DNA of 50,281 bases, from assembly GCA_000934665.2 (NCBI GenBank), contig KZ538738.1, forward strand, positions 1-50,281. The letters are read 5' to 3'. The translations under genes were made by a program, and so were the position numbers. Below are positions 37,401 through 48,416 of the stretch, piece after piece; position 1 is the first letter of the stretch, and the number at the start of each line of letters is the position of its first letter. Below the pieces are notes generated by a model. That model was not told the origin of the DNA and did not search any database. It saw only the letters and a list, made by a program, of their open reading frames with translations. The stretch is from Catajapyx aquilonaris (lineage: Eukaryota).

Positions 37401-39680
37401 GGATCATGTGTCCTCTTTCCCTTCCACTGTTGTGAGCTACTACTCCACAAAGGATATTTGACCTGAACTTGCCATCTCTGAAATGTCATGATGTGCTGCT
37501 GTATGGTCTTTCCAGGCCGAAGAAATCACCTTGACAATTGGGCAAGCCTTTGACCTGGCTTACCGCAAGTTTTTGGAGACATCTGGTCGAGAGCTGGAGA
37601 TGCGAAAGCAGCTTATGATCCTTCAGAAGCGTGTGAATGTGCTGGAGAGTGAAGGTGGAGCTCTACGAAGGCGCCTCCTGGAAGTCTCACAGCTCAAAGA
37701 TCGTGGTGACCTGGAGGAGTACATGCGGCAAAACAGGATCTTGGACTTGCTTGTCATTGAAACAGATTTCAATGGGGAGTCTTCAGACAGTGAAAGTGCA
37801 AGTGGACACAATGGAGTGAATGGAGAGCCTAGTCCACCTCCAGTGCCTCCAAGGGCCTTCGAGAATCATGCTAAGAATGCAGAACTTATCAGGTATAAAT
37901 ATGAAAGTTATTAATTTGCTTTGCTAACTTTGCTGTGCACGCAAGATGATTTGGAATCAAATAATGGTTCCATGTGAAGTTATGGATGCTTGACCACATT
38001 GTATGTGTAGGTAGTGACTGCATGACTGCTTCCATCCTTAATGACTGATGCTTAAAACAAGTGAGGTGACACAGTGCTTCAACATAGGCTAGATAGATGG
38101 TTACATAATGCTGTATTAGTACCAGCATGAAAGAATGTTTTTGCTAATGCTAATTTCTTCACTGTAAGTGACCCACTATTATTTTGTGTGATGTTTTCTT
38201 GTTGCTGTCATTTGGAAAAACGACCCTTTTCTATGGCAAAAAGTGGCAAACACTAAATGCAGCGAAATTTGCAGCTTTTAGCATTGTTTCTTATGGGGGA
38301 AAAACTTGCAAGAAAGAATGCTCATAATGACTTGCCAATTTTTGGTACAGAATTCTGTTAATATTTTCTTCCCAAAATTTATTGCAACAATAATTTTAAA
38401 TTTAAATACAATGAATTGTCAAAAAACGGTGCAGTTAAGGTTACACATGCCCTGGTATGCATTGAATGAATGACCCTCTGTAGAGGTTTGGCAGCTTGCC
38501 TACATGTGACTGGAAGTGTCCAGAAACAATGCAGCAGGTCTACCCCTCTCTCCAGCCTCCAATTTCACCAGTCAATTTCTACCCCATCAGCGATCATCAC
38601 CAGTCATGGCTGATGGTTTGAATTCCAAGGAATGTTGAGATGTTGAGGAGAGAAAAAAAATGCAGATGACACTTTTTCTGTTTTGGTGGAGTGCCTTGAA
38701 ACTCAGGCTGTAAGGAGCTAGTGCTTTCTCTGCTGAACTTAAACTGAGGGGGCAGCAGTTTAACTTCTTGGAAAACTAGTACAGGTGTTAGCAGGAAGGT
38801 CACACTACATGGTCAATTTCCTTATATTTATCTATAGAAGTGGATTACAGATGCATTTGTAGCACTGCATGATTTCAGCTGTCACATGAGTATTCAGAAA
38901 ACTATGGGTTGATTGGGCCCTGTAAGCTGAAAATGATCAATTACAGTACTGATTGTCTATAAATACCACTTTAAAATGTAGGAATGACATTATTATAACA
39001 TGAAAAACATAGCCTATATGAAGGGGAACATTTTTCAGTGTTTCATTTTTTTTTTCTCCCCCACAGCCTGGAATTGTCACCAGCTCCATTTGTAGGAACT
39101 AAACTTGAGGGTCTGTTACTGGATGATTTGGAAGACATGGTGACTTCGCGCATTGACTCTAATGGAGTGGATGGAATACCAAGGCGTGAGTGAAGTAAAT
39201 AGAAACTCATGATTTGGAACACTTATCTGACCATGTATTTCCAACAGTGTCACCACCTCCTCCTAAGCCACCCAGGGATGCGCAAAAGAGCAATGGGGAC
39301 AAGGATGCTTTTGGAGCAGATCCTTTTAATCCCAGGGATGGCAGAGGTGGCACAGCACATGGAACTTTGAGTGAGTCCCCAGTGGATCCATTTGGGATGG
39401 GTGAATTTAATGTCAGATCATCACTGGATCTGGAAAATGCCATAGGGATCCTGGACAAGAGGATTTCAGAAATGAAGGTAGAAACATTGCACGGTGAATA
39501 ATATAATCATATTAGAAATTACCGTCCTTGTAACCCATGCTATGGTTTGAATCTTTCTGATCTGATGTTAGGAAGTGCTGAGTTGAATTTTCCTTACAGG
39601 CAGGATTTAGCAGAGGGATTGCTTTTGAGAATGATGACTTCCCTTTGGAAAGCTTGGATCCCCTGCGAAACACATCTTAA
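31443..39680 (+). CDS. GULP1: PTB domain-containing engulfment adaptor CED-6/GULP1, 412 aa
   Basis: Exons join(31443-31503, 33587-33648, 35524-35694, 36810-36947, 37516-37892, 39067-39185, 39248-39477, 39600-39680) = 1239 nt, all GT-AG and in phase. PTB domain [30 protein letters not shown]..|..[20 protein letters not shown]..|[19 protein letters not shown], then a leucine zipper and a Pro-rich/DPF tail ending [11 protein letters not shown]. The first coding exon has an acceptor at 31420/31421, so at least one non-coding exon lies upstream. Confidence 0.95.
34518..34785. mobile_element. MITE with 4-bp TSD (Sola-like) in a GULP1 intron
   Basis: Inverted repeats tgtggtgggaaaaggtgataa (34524-34544) / ttatcacctttttccaccaca (34759-34779). 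TSD aaat (34514-34517, 34786-34789). Confidence 0.65.
37332..37405 (+). pseudogene. tRNA-like sequence (tRNA pseudogene or isolated SINE head) in a GULP1 intron
   Basis: Acceptor atccctg/cagggat, D stem gctc/gagc, T stem ccagg-ttcgatt-cctgg, A box tagctcagtgg. The anticodon arm has only 4 bp and a 9-nt loop, and no T4 terminator follows immediately. Confidence 0.6.
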
Positions 39681-40471
39681 CTGTGTAATAAGTCCTCCGA
39701 TGCCAACATGCAGCTGGCAAGCATGATGAGGAGTGTCTCACTGGGCTTCCTGCAAGTGACTATTGATGAAGAAGAAATTATTGTGGCCATGTAGCACACA
39801 TGTTTGAGTGCTACAGTATGTAAACTAAAGTAATCCCCTCTTTCAAAAAATGTACATTACCTTTGAATGTATGTTGGTGTACTTGGGCATTGGAATCAGA
39901 TAGTGAGACTGTACAGTGACATGTAAATATGGGTTGGTTAAACTTGGTGTTGGAGACTGTCATAACTTGTACTGGTGCCTTGTGTGCACAATTTTATGCT
40001 CTGTTTCTTGGAAGTGAATTGCTGTATGTAGAGTTACTTGATTGCATAACATTTCACCTCCATTTCATATCCTGACCTGTTTTGGATCAACATTTCCGGA
40101 TGCTTTGGGGAGTTGTAATTAATCACATCATTCCTAATAGCACAGAGGTTGAAGGGCACTGCTTCACATCATCTGCACCTATACATATTAATATTCCAAT
40201 TAACTTTTAGTGCATTAATACATTCTTTATTGTGTAAAGTGTGATGCAGATACAGTGCATGGCACTATGTAAGAACATTTTATGTGGTGAGGGAAGGCGA
40301 AAATCCAAGACACATCATGTGTACCTGTGGCAGCCAGTAAAGTACTCCACATATATATAAACTGAGTTCTTATTATCACTCAACTACCTCTATGCATTTC
40401 CAGTTGCTGAGGGCGTTTTCATATACATTGATTTGAGATTCTGGGTAATCTCTTATCTCAATCCCTCCTGT

Positions 40472-40481
40472 AATAAATAAA
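40472..40481 (+). terminator. Candidate polyadenylation signal of GULP1
   Basis: Overlapping AATAAA hexamers (aataaataaa) about 790 nt after the stop codon. Confidence 0.45.
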
Positions 40482-42084
40482 AAAAAGTAAAATTGTCGCA
40501 CACAATATTATAAGGAGTGAATGCCTACCATAAGAGAGGGCTACAATTCGGCCTGGACAGATTATTTCAGACAGAAAACCTTTTCACAGCTTACTATTAA
40601 CATACCGGTGCGCATGGGGGCACTTTTTGTGGCAGACACATGCCACAGCCACCACTTTTGGAAACACAAAGGAATGAATGAGAGCATTAACTTATGGCCA
40701 CAGTGGTGGCGAGGGTAGGCTTCTGTGGCCTCAGAGTGGCTCGACCACATGACGAATGGTAGAGCTGAGAGTCTGGCAGGCTCGGCACCCCCCCCCCCNC
40801 GGCACCCCCCCCCCCCCCCCTGCCACAGGTCACTAGATAGTGCATGCACACACAGCCATGCACACGCAGCCATGCACACACAGCCACACACGCACAGCCA
40901 CAGCCACAGGCCACTGACGCCAGCCAGTGGTTGTGGCGAGTGTCTGCCCCACTGCAGTGGCAGACCCAAGTGACTGTGGCACACAACTGAAGTGGCCCCA
41001 TGTGGACCGACCCTAACAAGCCACTGCCAAATTGCATGAGCGTTTCAGTTTGTGGAGAGAGGTGAAAACAAGGATGTCACGCATCTCAGCATCTGCCACC
41101 AAAAGCAAGTCGTATAAGTGACACTTGCAGGAATTTTTCAAGTCTACCAAAAGAGCACGGGTGGCTGGCTCTTTCTGTGCTTTTGTTTCAGACATTCCTC
41201 AGCTTAAACCATTTGTTCCCAAGGTTGATCTACCAATACTTATAATATTTTAATATTGTAAGTCGTGCGTTAGAAGGCAGAAACTAGGATCGAAAAAGAG
41301 AGTTCAGCATACAATTTTAATTACAACAGAAGTTACAAGGTTTCCTATATGTAGAACTCTAGGACCATTCGCATTATTTTTTATCCACTTATTGCTTCCC
41401 TTTACATGCAATGCAATGTGGCAATTCTCACATTGAATGGTGCAGTGCTGGTAGTAATGATGGAATCGTATTATATCCCAATAATTCAGGTATTTTCAGC
41501 CCATTATATCAAGTTTCATAAATTTTTAGAAGGCCTTTCTCTTTTTCCATCTTGGTAAGTATGGGTCCCAAGTTGCACTATGTAACACAGGGTGATCAAG
41601 ATGCATGGCAGTGCATGCGCCAAGTCTAAGCAACTGCCTGCACCAGCCACATCGTTTATCACTCTGTCCACCCACTGCCGCGATCCTTAATTATCCTGCC
41701 CACACCGTTCTCGCTCTCTGGCTCCCCAGTTCCCGACCCGTCAACATGTCCCATCTCCCTGTATACTCCATTGTTAGCATGTAGCCCCATAGTCAATAAA
41801 CTCATGGTTTAGACAGCCTCCAAGTTTTCCTCCGTGACCTGACCATTGACCACAACAGAGAGATGCCCAAATCATGGTAATTCTTGACAAGTTTAATTTT
41901 GACACACAAGGAGTTTTCTACACAGCTAGTCTCATATTACGCCCTAACACTGACATCATAGCTATGGGGGAAGAAACACACTCCTTTGTACCTTTCACCA
42001 AACTAGGGTATGGCCGGCAATCCACTAGTGGTCTGAGGGGTGCGATATCCTCCTGAGACCCAAGAAGAATTGAATAACGCAATG

Positions 42085-42780
42085 TTGTTTGTCATTATTT
42101 TTGTCAATATTTTAGAACTACAGTAAAACTTCTACAAGTCGCACTTCCCTAAGTCGAACTTCTCTATAAATCGAAGAAAATGATGAGCTTGGTTGGTCAC
42201 AATGTAAAATAATAGGAAATAAACTTCCCTAACTCGAATTTCTCCATAACTCGAAGTATTGGCAGGGCCTTACGATGGGATATCAATGCATTTTCAGTCT
42301 CCCTAAGTCGAAGTTCATGTTGGCGAGTACGGAAAATTGTCTCATTTCCCAGACGAAGGGTCGAGAGGAGGCCACATGTACAGAAAGGCTCAATTTCCTG
42401 ATCTCCGTCTATCAGAAGTAACCAAAGAAGTGTTTGAATCGATTGTGACAATGAATCCTTGAATCTATAAGAGTAGCCAAATGTCCATAACTGAGGTTTT
42501 TTTACAACAAAACAATGAGAAACATTGTAAGTGTGATAGTGACAATAATTGTAAAGTTTTGAACACCTTTCGTCGCTGGATATAAAGGTAGGCTTCATTA
42601 TAGAGTTAGGTGCTTAAATAATTCCAAACTTCTCTAACTCGAATCTTCTCTAATTCGAAGTTTTTTCCTGGTCCCATGGAGATTCGACTTATGGAAGTTT
42701 TACTGTATAATTTTTTTCCCAATAAGAAACGAGAAAAAAATTATAGTTCTAAAATATTGACAAAAATAATGACAAACAAC
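42085..42780. repeat. Small AT-rich palindrome interrupted by a Tigger-type element
   Basis: gttgtttgtcattatttttgtcaatattttagaacta (to 42120) is the exact reverse complement of tagttctaaaatattgacaaaaataatgacaaacaac (42744-42780). Confidence 0.8.
42121..42705. mobile_element. pogo/Tigger-type MITE
   Basis: TA-cagtaaaacttctacaagtcg...cgacttatggaagttttactg-TA, with subterminal repeats ctaa(g/c)tcgaa. Confidence 0.88.
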
Positions 42781-43048
42781 CAATGAGAACATTAGAACCC
42801 AATTGCTGCTACAAAAGCAGAATGGATGAAAGCTGATTTAAATGCCACTTAATGGATCACTAACATAGTGCTCTACCCTCCAAACAATGATTTTAAAATT
42901 CATTTGTGGAATTCGTGGTAGCAATTCGTCTCAGAAGACAATAAAGATAAACTGAATTATTTTCGAACGCCACCACTCCAGGCATGGGGCTTGCTCCTTC
43001 CCTTCTTACCCCCTAGCATGGTACTTCGCTATTCTAGATTTTACAACT

Positions 43049-43329
43049 GGGTTCAGTGGGGCTTAACGTCGGCCTATTTCTGCCTCTAAGGCTCAACACC
43101 GACGCCAGGGGGTGGTCCTCCTCCTGGAAATTTGGCCACTGGGGATCTTTAACGTGCACTCGCGCAATGTCACAAACACACGGGACCGACGGCTTTAACT
43201 TCCCCTCCGAAGGAAGGCGCACTCTCACTTTTCTACCACCCGGAGAAAAGTCACCGACCTCGGCCGGGTTCGAACCCACAACCTTGGGACCAGAGGCGAG
43301 CGCGCTAACCACTAGTCCACCAAGGCCGG
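43049..43329 (-). mobile_element. tRNA-derived SINE, family C (apparently young)
   Basis: Minus head ccggccttggtggactagtggttagcgcg...gggttcgaacccggcc and body ggagggggaagttaaagccgtcggtccc...gcacgttaaagatcccc. Perfect 15-bp TSD ctagattttacaact (43034-43048, 43330-43344). CpG-rich, so little decayed. Confidence 0.9.
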
Positions 43330-43973
43330 CTAGATTTTACAACTTAAAAAAAAAAAATCGGATGACCATTTAAATGGACATTTGGTCACAGGAAGAAAAG
43401 AAAATTACCAGTTCTCTACAGCAACAAAGATTGTCACAAACACATCTTCTTGTATTTCCTAATGCACATTCCTTGCGAATCCCAGGACATTCACTGCATT
43501 GACGAAAATCGCACTCTAAATATGAGTAAAGAAATAAAACTTATCAGATGAGCGCCTAACTTCAGTAGTGGGATCAGCCATTTTCATGAGTGATTTAATT
43601 TTCGATGCCAAAGTCAGATATTCTACACTAGGTGGCTACACCTATTGAGACCAGAGTGTAATCATGGGATACCAACAGATTAGTTCTGTTGGCATCACTA
43701 GTTGGCGCCAAAATTTTTTTTGCTGATGTCGACATATGACGACATCAGGTCTCAGGAGGATATTACGTATATTTTTTTAGTACCCATGAGTTAACTTTCA
43801 AAGTTTGTCACAGAAAAACAAACATGTTACATCTTTGATACCAAGCCATACCACTCATAATGACAGCTGTGTCTAATAAATAAGTGAAAACAGTTCATTC
43901 CAGGTATGGAATTAATTATATATTTAGTATCAAAAGGTTTTAACACAAAAGATGAACACATTGTGCATAAAGT

Positions 43974-46894
43974 CTAACAATTTTCTTCAATATGCTTGAC
44001 AGCTTCACAGAAGCTTTTCATCACTTGGGATGCCGGCAGCTTAATCTTGTCCTCATCTCCTTCCCTATATTTTCCAGTGCGAACAAGCAATCCCATCATT
44101 CCAACTGCCTGGGCGCCCTTGATGTCATCCAAAACATCCTAAATTGAAAGAATGTCAGATTACAAAAAATAGTTTGAGCAAAAATCTATTTGGCCCATGA
44201 AGAACAAAAAATATTTGAGGTAATACAGTATGAATTTATAATGCACTTTTAACTATGCAAATAGCACAGCATAATGTGGTACATGTGAGGGCATGCTGAT
44301 AATCTTTGCCTCTATGTACATAGAACGTGTAATGCATATCACAGGATAATGTATTGTAGGTAACATCAAATGAAAGCCTGGAATGTCCTCTTCAAAACCA
44401 TATAATAATGGATATAATAATAATAATATACCTCCTTGGGCCTCTTAGGGGATCATCTTTTCATGAACCTTCTTTAATCAGTGCCTGCATTGTGATGGAT
44501 TTTGATTGTGGGAGGAAACGGGAGAACCCCGAGAAAACCCACACGAACATGGAGAGAACCCATCGAAACTCAATCCACAAAAGTATCCTCCGTCCAACCT
44601 GGGGATCGAACTCGGGACCTCAGAGGTGGAAGGCTGCGGCGCTAACCACTATGCCACCGTGTCACCCCTTCAAAACCATATATTTCTGGGGCAGTGCGGT
44701 GAACATCTCGGCTTGCTGAGCAAAAGGTTCCAGGTTCGATCCCCACCTGGGAGTTCCCTTTCGCCTGCATCAGGAGGGTCTCTGACCCACGCCTTGAAGG
44801 TGTCTGGCAACCTAACCTCCTGAGGGACTGCACATGGCCCAGTTTGAAACATTAAACTTGCACCTGTGTCCCCTCCCCAACAAATCCCCATTCCCTTCCC
44901 CATTTCCCTTTCTCCTCTGCACGGTGTTAGAAGAAAAATTTCAGAAAATAGAAATGAACAAAATTATGGTATTCCACCCCCCTAAAGGAGTGATGATTCT
45001 CCCAATGGGGTAAGTAAAGAAAAGAAAAAAAGGGGGGGAAAAAATAACCTGCATAATCAACACCTACAGCAATACACTTGCACCAACGATGTACTAGTTC
45101 TTTCCTCCGCTGAGCACAGAACTCAGGGCTGTGGGAGTGGCACCAAGCGTGAACACCAGCCTCAACTTCTACATTGGCACTCTATTAATTACCCTTCAGG
45201 TGTGTCTCCACATTTGGGAAAAGAAAGCAGTCGCAAGGCGCAAGATCTGGGCTGTACGCTGGACAAGGAAGTATGGGGAATTTGAGTCTCTGAAGAAAGT
45301 GCAAGGCAAATTCCTGATCGGCCCCAAAACTGTGAATTCTGAGGTTCATGTGGACACTATGCAGAGATTTCGGGCACAATATATTGAACAGGGTGCATCC
45401 AGGAAAGAATGTCATCCTTCACCATGATAATGCTCGACCACACACTAGCCATCACATTGCAGATGTCCTCCAAGATTCAAATTGCCTGTACTTCTTTGTT
45501 TGCCACACAGCTCAGATCTTGCGCCCTTCGATTTCTTTCCATTCCCCAAAATGAAAACACACCTGAAGGCCAATGGTACAGCTCCGATGCAGAAGTTGAG
45601 GCTGCTGTTCACTCCTGGTGCCCATCCCACAACCCAGAGTTCTATGCCAACGGGAGGAAATAACTAGTACATTGTTGGCACAACTGAATTGCTGTAGGTG
45701 ATTATACAGAAAAGTAAATACTGTAGCTACAGTATATGGTTTTGAAGAGGACATTCCAGGCTTTTATTTGACGTTAATTGCAATATCCTGTGATATGTAT
45801 CATACTGTATATTCAATGTACGTAGAGCCTAAAAATTATACCAGCATGCCCTTATAGGAAAATTCTAGCTGGCCACCAATACTGCAAGGAACTGTGAGAC
45901 AGGCAAGATCTGCCATGTTCAGTTGGCGGTGCCAGAAAGAAAGTAACAAACATCAGCCCACACATAAGTGAGGTAATTCCTTCACAGCTACATTCAGGAC
46001 TTTTGCAGCTTTCATGCCTTATTCATACGACGTTTTAATGGAACAAAGTTTGCTCTGGCCACACTAGTGTAAAGCCACCAGCAGGTCAATATGTGAAAAA
46101 GTCAAAAACTTACATCCCCAATCATTACAGATTCTTCAGGGCAACATGATATGTCATGCAGGACTGATCTAAAGAAGGCCTCAGACGGTTTCCCAATGAC
46201 TTCAGCCTTAGCTTGTGTGGCATGTTCTAATGCAGCAACAAAAGCCCCAGGACCCAAGGAGTGTCCAGATTCTGTTGCATAATAACGCCCTTTGTGAACT
46301 GCAATTAATGGGGCACCATCAAGAACTAACCTGAAAGAAAAAATTATTGATTGAAACAAATCTTAAACATGCACTGCAACATGGGAACAATGTGCACACT
46401 TCACCTGAAAGCCTCATTCATGTCACTGTAGTTAAAACGAGAAGGAGCCAGGCCCACCACAACAGCATTGGGCTGTTCGGTCAGAATACCCTGAAAATCT
46501 TCCAGAGCACCATCTTCCAGCATGAAATAAGGTCGTAGAGATCTCTGTTCCACTAGCTGCCGTGCTGCACTTAATGCAGTGAAGATTTCATCTTGGTTGA
46601 CTTCAAATCCCAGGGAACAAAGACGCTCCCACAACATCCGCTTGGGTTCCTTGGTAGTATTGGTAATAAATCTTACACGTACACCTAACTTGCGCAGTCT
46701 GTAAGAGATGAGGTATATAAATACTGGCACGACTAATTCATATTCAACTCAAGTAAACGTATAGCTGCAGACACTATGGTTTGTATTTACGTTTTCAGAG
46801 ATGTGGCAGCTCCTGAGACTGCATTGTCTCCAATGTGAAGTGTGCCACTCAGGTCGATCAAGACCCCTTTGATTCTACTACAGGAACCCGCCAT
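43974..46894 (-). CDS. HDHD2: Haloacid dehalogenase-like hydrolase domain-containing protein 2 (HAD IIA), 259 aa
   Basis: Exons complement(46791-46894, 46405-46698, 46114-46330, 43974-44138) = 780 nt, GT-AG and in phase. Motifs [88 protein letters not shown]. The DLSGTLH and NTTKE motifs fit HDHD2 rather than LHPP. Confidence 0.95.
44405..44667 (-). mobile_element. tRNA-derived SINE, family B, nested in the mariner foldback
   Basis: Reverse-complement homolog of 11060-11368. 15-bp TSD cttcaaaaccatata (44390-44404, 44668-44682). Confidence 0.9.
44688..45044 (+). mobile_element. tRNA-derived SINE, family A, nested in the mariner foldback
   Basis: tctcggcttgctg...ccaggttcgatccccacctggg...aggagggtctctgac...tctggcaacctaacctcctg matches the reverse complement of 2944-3296. 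A-rich tail. Confidence 0.88.
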
Positions 46895-47463
46895 GACTGC
46901 ACGGAAGCATTTGCGGATTACTGAAGATATTGTGGCTTTCACGATGGCAGCTTCACAAGTACACGTCTCGAGACTTTTTTGTTGAACACTCTTTTTTGGC
47001 AGGTGCAGCAATTCTGCAACAAAATAACTTAATTAGGGCACCTGGATAATACTTTGCCAAAAAAATATTAAAATATGACAATGATAAGTCATGTATAAGT
47101 TGACAACACAAGACTAAGCATAAAGGGAAATGCACAAAATGACATTTCAGTAACACTTGCACCTATGGTAGTACCCTTCTTCACTTAGTGTGGTACCCAC
47201 TCATTGCTAACAAGGTTCCCAAAGCTACAGGGTGATTTACTAGGTAGGCCTAGTTGACCCAGGTAAATGGGTGTAGTTTCCAAGCAATATACAGAAACAG
47301 ACAGATTTTGCGTCAACTATACCTGCAACATTTCCATTGCCGGGAGGTATGACATCTCGTGGCTCACAAGTAATGAGAAGTCATTGCGCAGATCATCACA
47401 AGACACTGGATATTATTCAAAGTGTCAAAGGGCAACTATTCGTTTATCCGTTTATTTAACATA

Positions 47464-48412
47464 GGCCCCTGTGTTTGACTCGAAACAACTCCCAGGCAAA
47501 TTATCCAAAAAATCAATGTTATATATCATTGGAAAGCTTGTTTAAATCCACATTACACATATGCGAGTGTTTCCAGTACCACCAGTGTGTAATTTTTTAT
47601 CGCAAGAAGAAGGCGGAAAGGTGTCATTTTTTGACTAGTTGCCGACGTTACGCTGCAACATTAATTTTTTGACACTTTTCGGAGGCCAAAAAAATTCTCC
47701 TGTGAACCCTGGATAGTGCAAGTCTTTGTCTATCTAATTTTATATTTGAAACTTAGAAATCGCCGTTTGTATAATCATAATTAAGTTAATTGCACACCTG
47801 TTATCTCGGCCATTTATAATCAGAATTATTCGCGAATGTATCAATGGCAAGCCAGAAATGTGCATGATAAAATGAAACTGTCCTTTATTACACTAAAATT
47901 TTTAAAAGGATTGATTTATGAAGTTTCATAGGAAAGTACCCAGCCTGCTTTCTGGTAGGAATACACGGCGATACTTTTAAATAGTTTTAAAAATTTTAGT
48001 GTAATAGAGCATGGTTTAATTTTATCACGCACATTTCTGGCTTGCCGTCGATACATTATAAATGGCCGAGATAACCGAGGTGTGAAATTAACTTAATTAT
48101 GATTACACAAATGGTGATTTCTAAGTTTCAAATATAACATTAGATAGACAAAGACTTGCACTATCCAGGGTTCACAGGAGGATTTTTTTGGCCTCCAAAA
48201 AGTGTCAGGAAAAATTCATGTTGCAGCGTAACGTCGGCAACTAGTCAAAAAATGACACCTTTCCGCCTTCTTGCGATAAAAAATTACACACTGATGGTAG
48301 GAAACCAACTCGCATGTATGTAACGTGGATTTAAACAAGCTTTCCAACGATATATAACATTAATTTTTTGCATAATTTGCCTGGGAGTTGTTTCGAGTCA
48401 AACACAGGGGCC
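47464..48412. mobile_element. Foldback (palindromic) non-autonomous DNA element
   Basis: TA-ggcccctgtgtttgactcgaaacaactcccaggcaaattat...ataatttgcctgggagttgtttcgagtcaaacacaggggcc-TA. Inverted arms of about 440 bp surround a spacer at about 47905-47985. Confidence 0.9.
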
Positions 48413-48416
48413 TATA

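Larger units (their letters stand above)
44286..45854. mobile_element. Foldback mariner derivative made of two inverted transposase 3' halves, in HDHD2 coding intron 3
   Basis: Ends tgagggcatgctg / cagcatgccctta. Segments 44286-44404 and 45733-45854 are inverted copies. Minus 45050-45300 ([18 protein letters not shown]) mirrors plus 45400-45710 ([32 protein letters not shown]). Confidence 0.85.

Noticed and set aside
38524..38637. Possible alternative terminal GULP1 exon ([15 protein letters not shown]...SKEC*), phase-compatible with the exon ending at 37892
   Set aside because: The acceptor lacks a pyrimidine tract and no homology supports it. It would need junction reads.
25074..40800. Long poly-G/poly-C runs with single N bases (near 25075, 26670, 30408, 40799) as G-quadruplex elements
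   Set aside because: The Ns mark uncertain homopolymer length in the assembly, so structure and function cannot be argued from them.
40562..41037. Cys/His/Gly-rich ORFs
   Set aside because: They derive from (GCAC/CA)-type low-complexity and poly-C sequence downstream of the GULP1 poly(A) signal.
43250..43329. SINE heads (also at 3225-3296, 11060-11130 and 15945-16016) as tRNA genes
   Set aside because: They continue into SINE bodies, most with clear TSDs, and lack a complete cloverleaf.
46895..47011. N-terminal extension of HDHD2 suggested by the ORF track (46787-47011)
   Set aside because: It starts at a non-ATG codon. The ATG at 46894 gives the family-typical start and a 259-aa protein.
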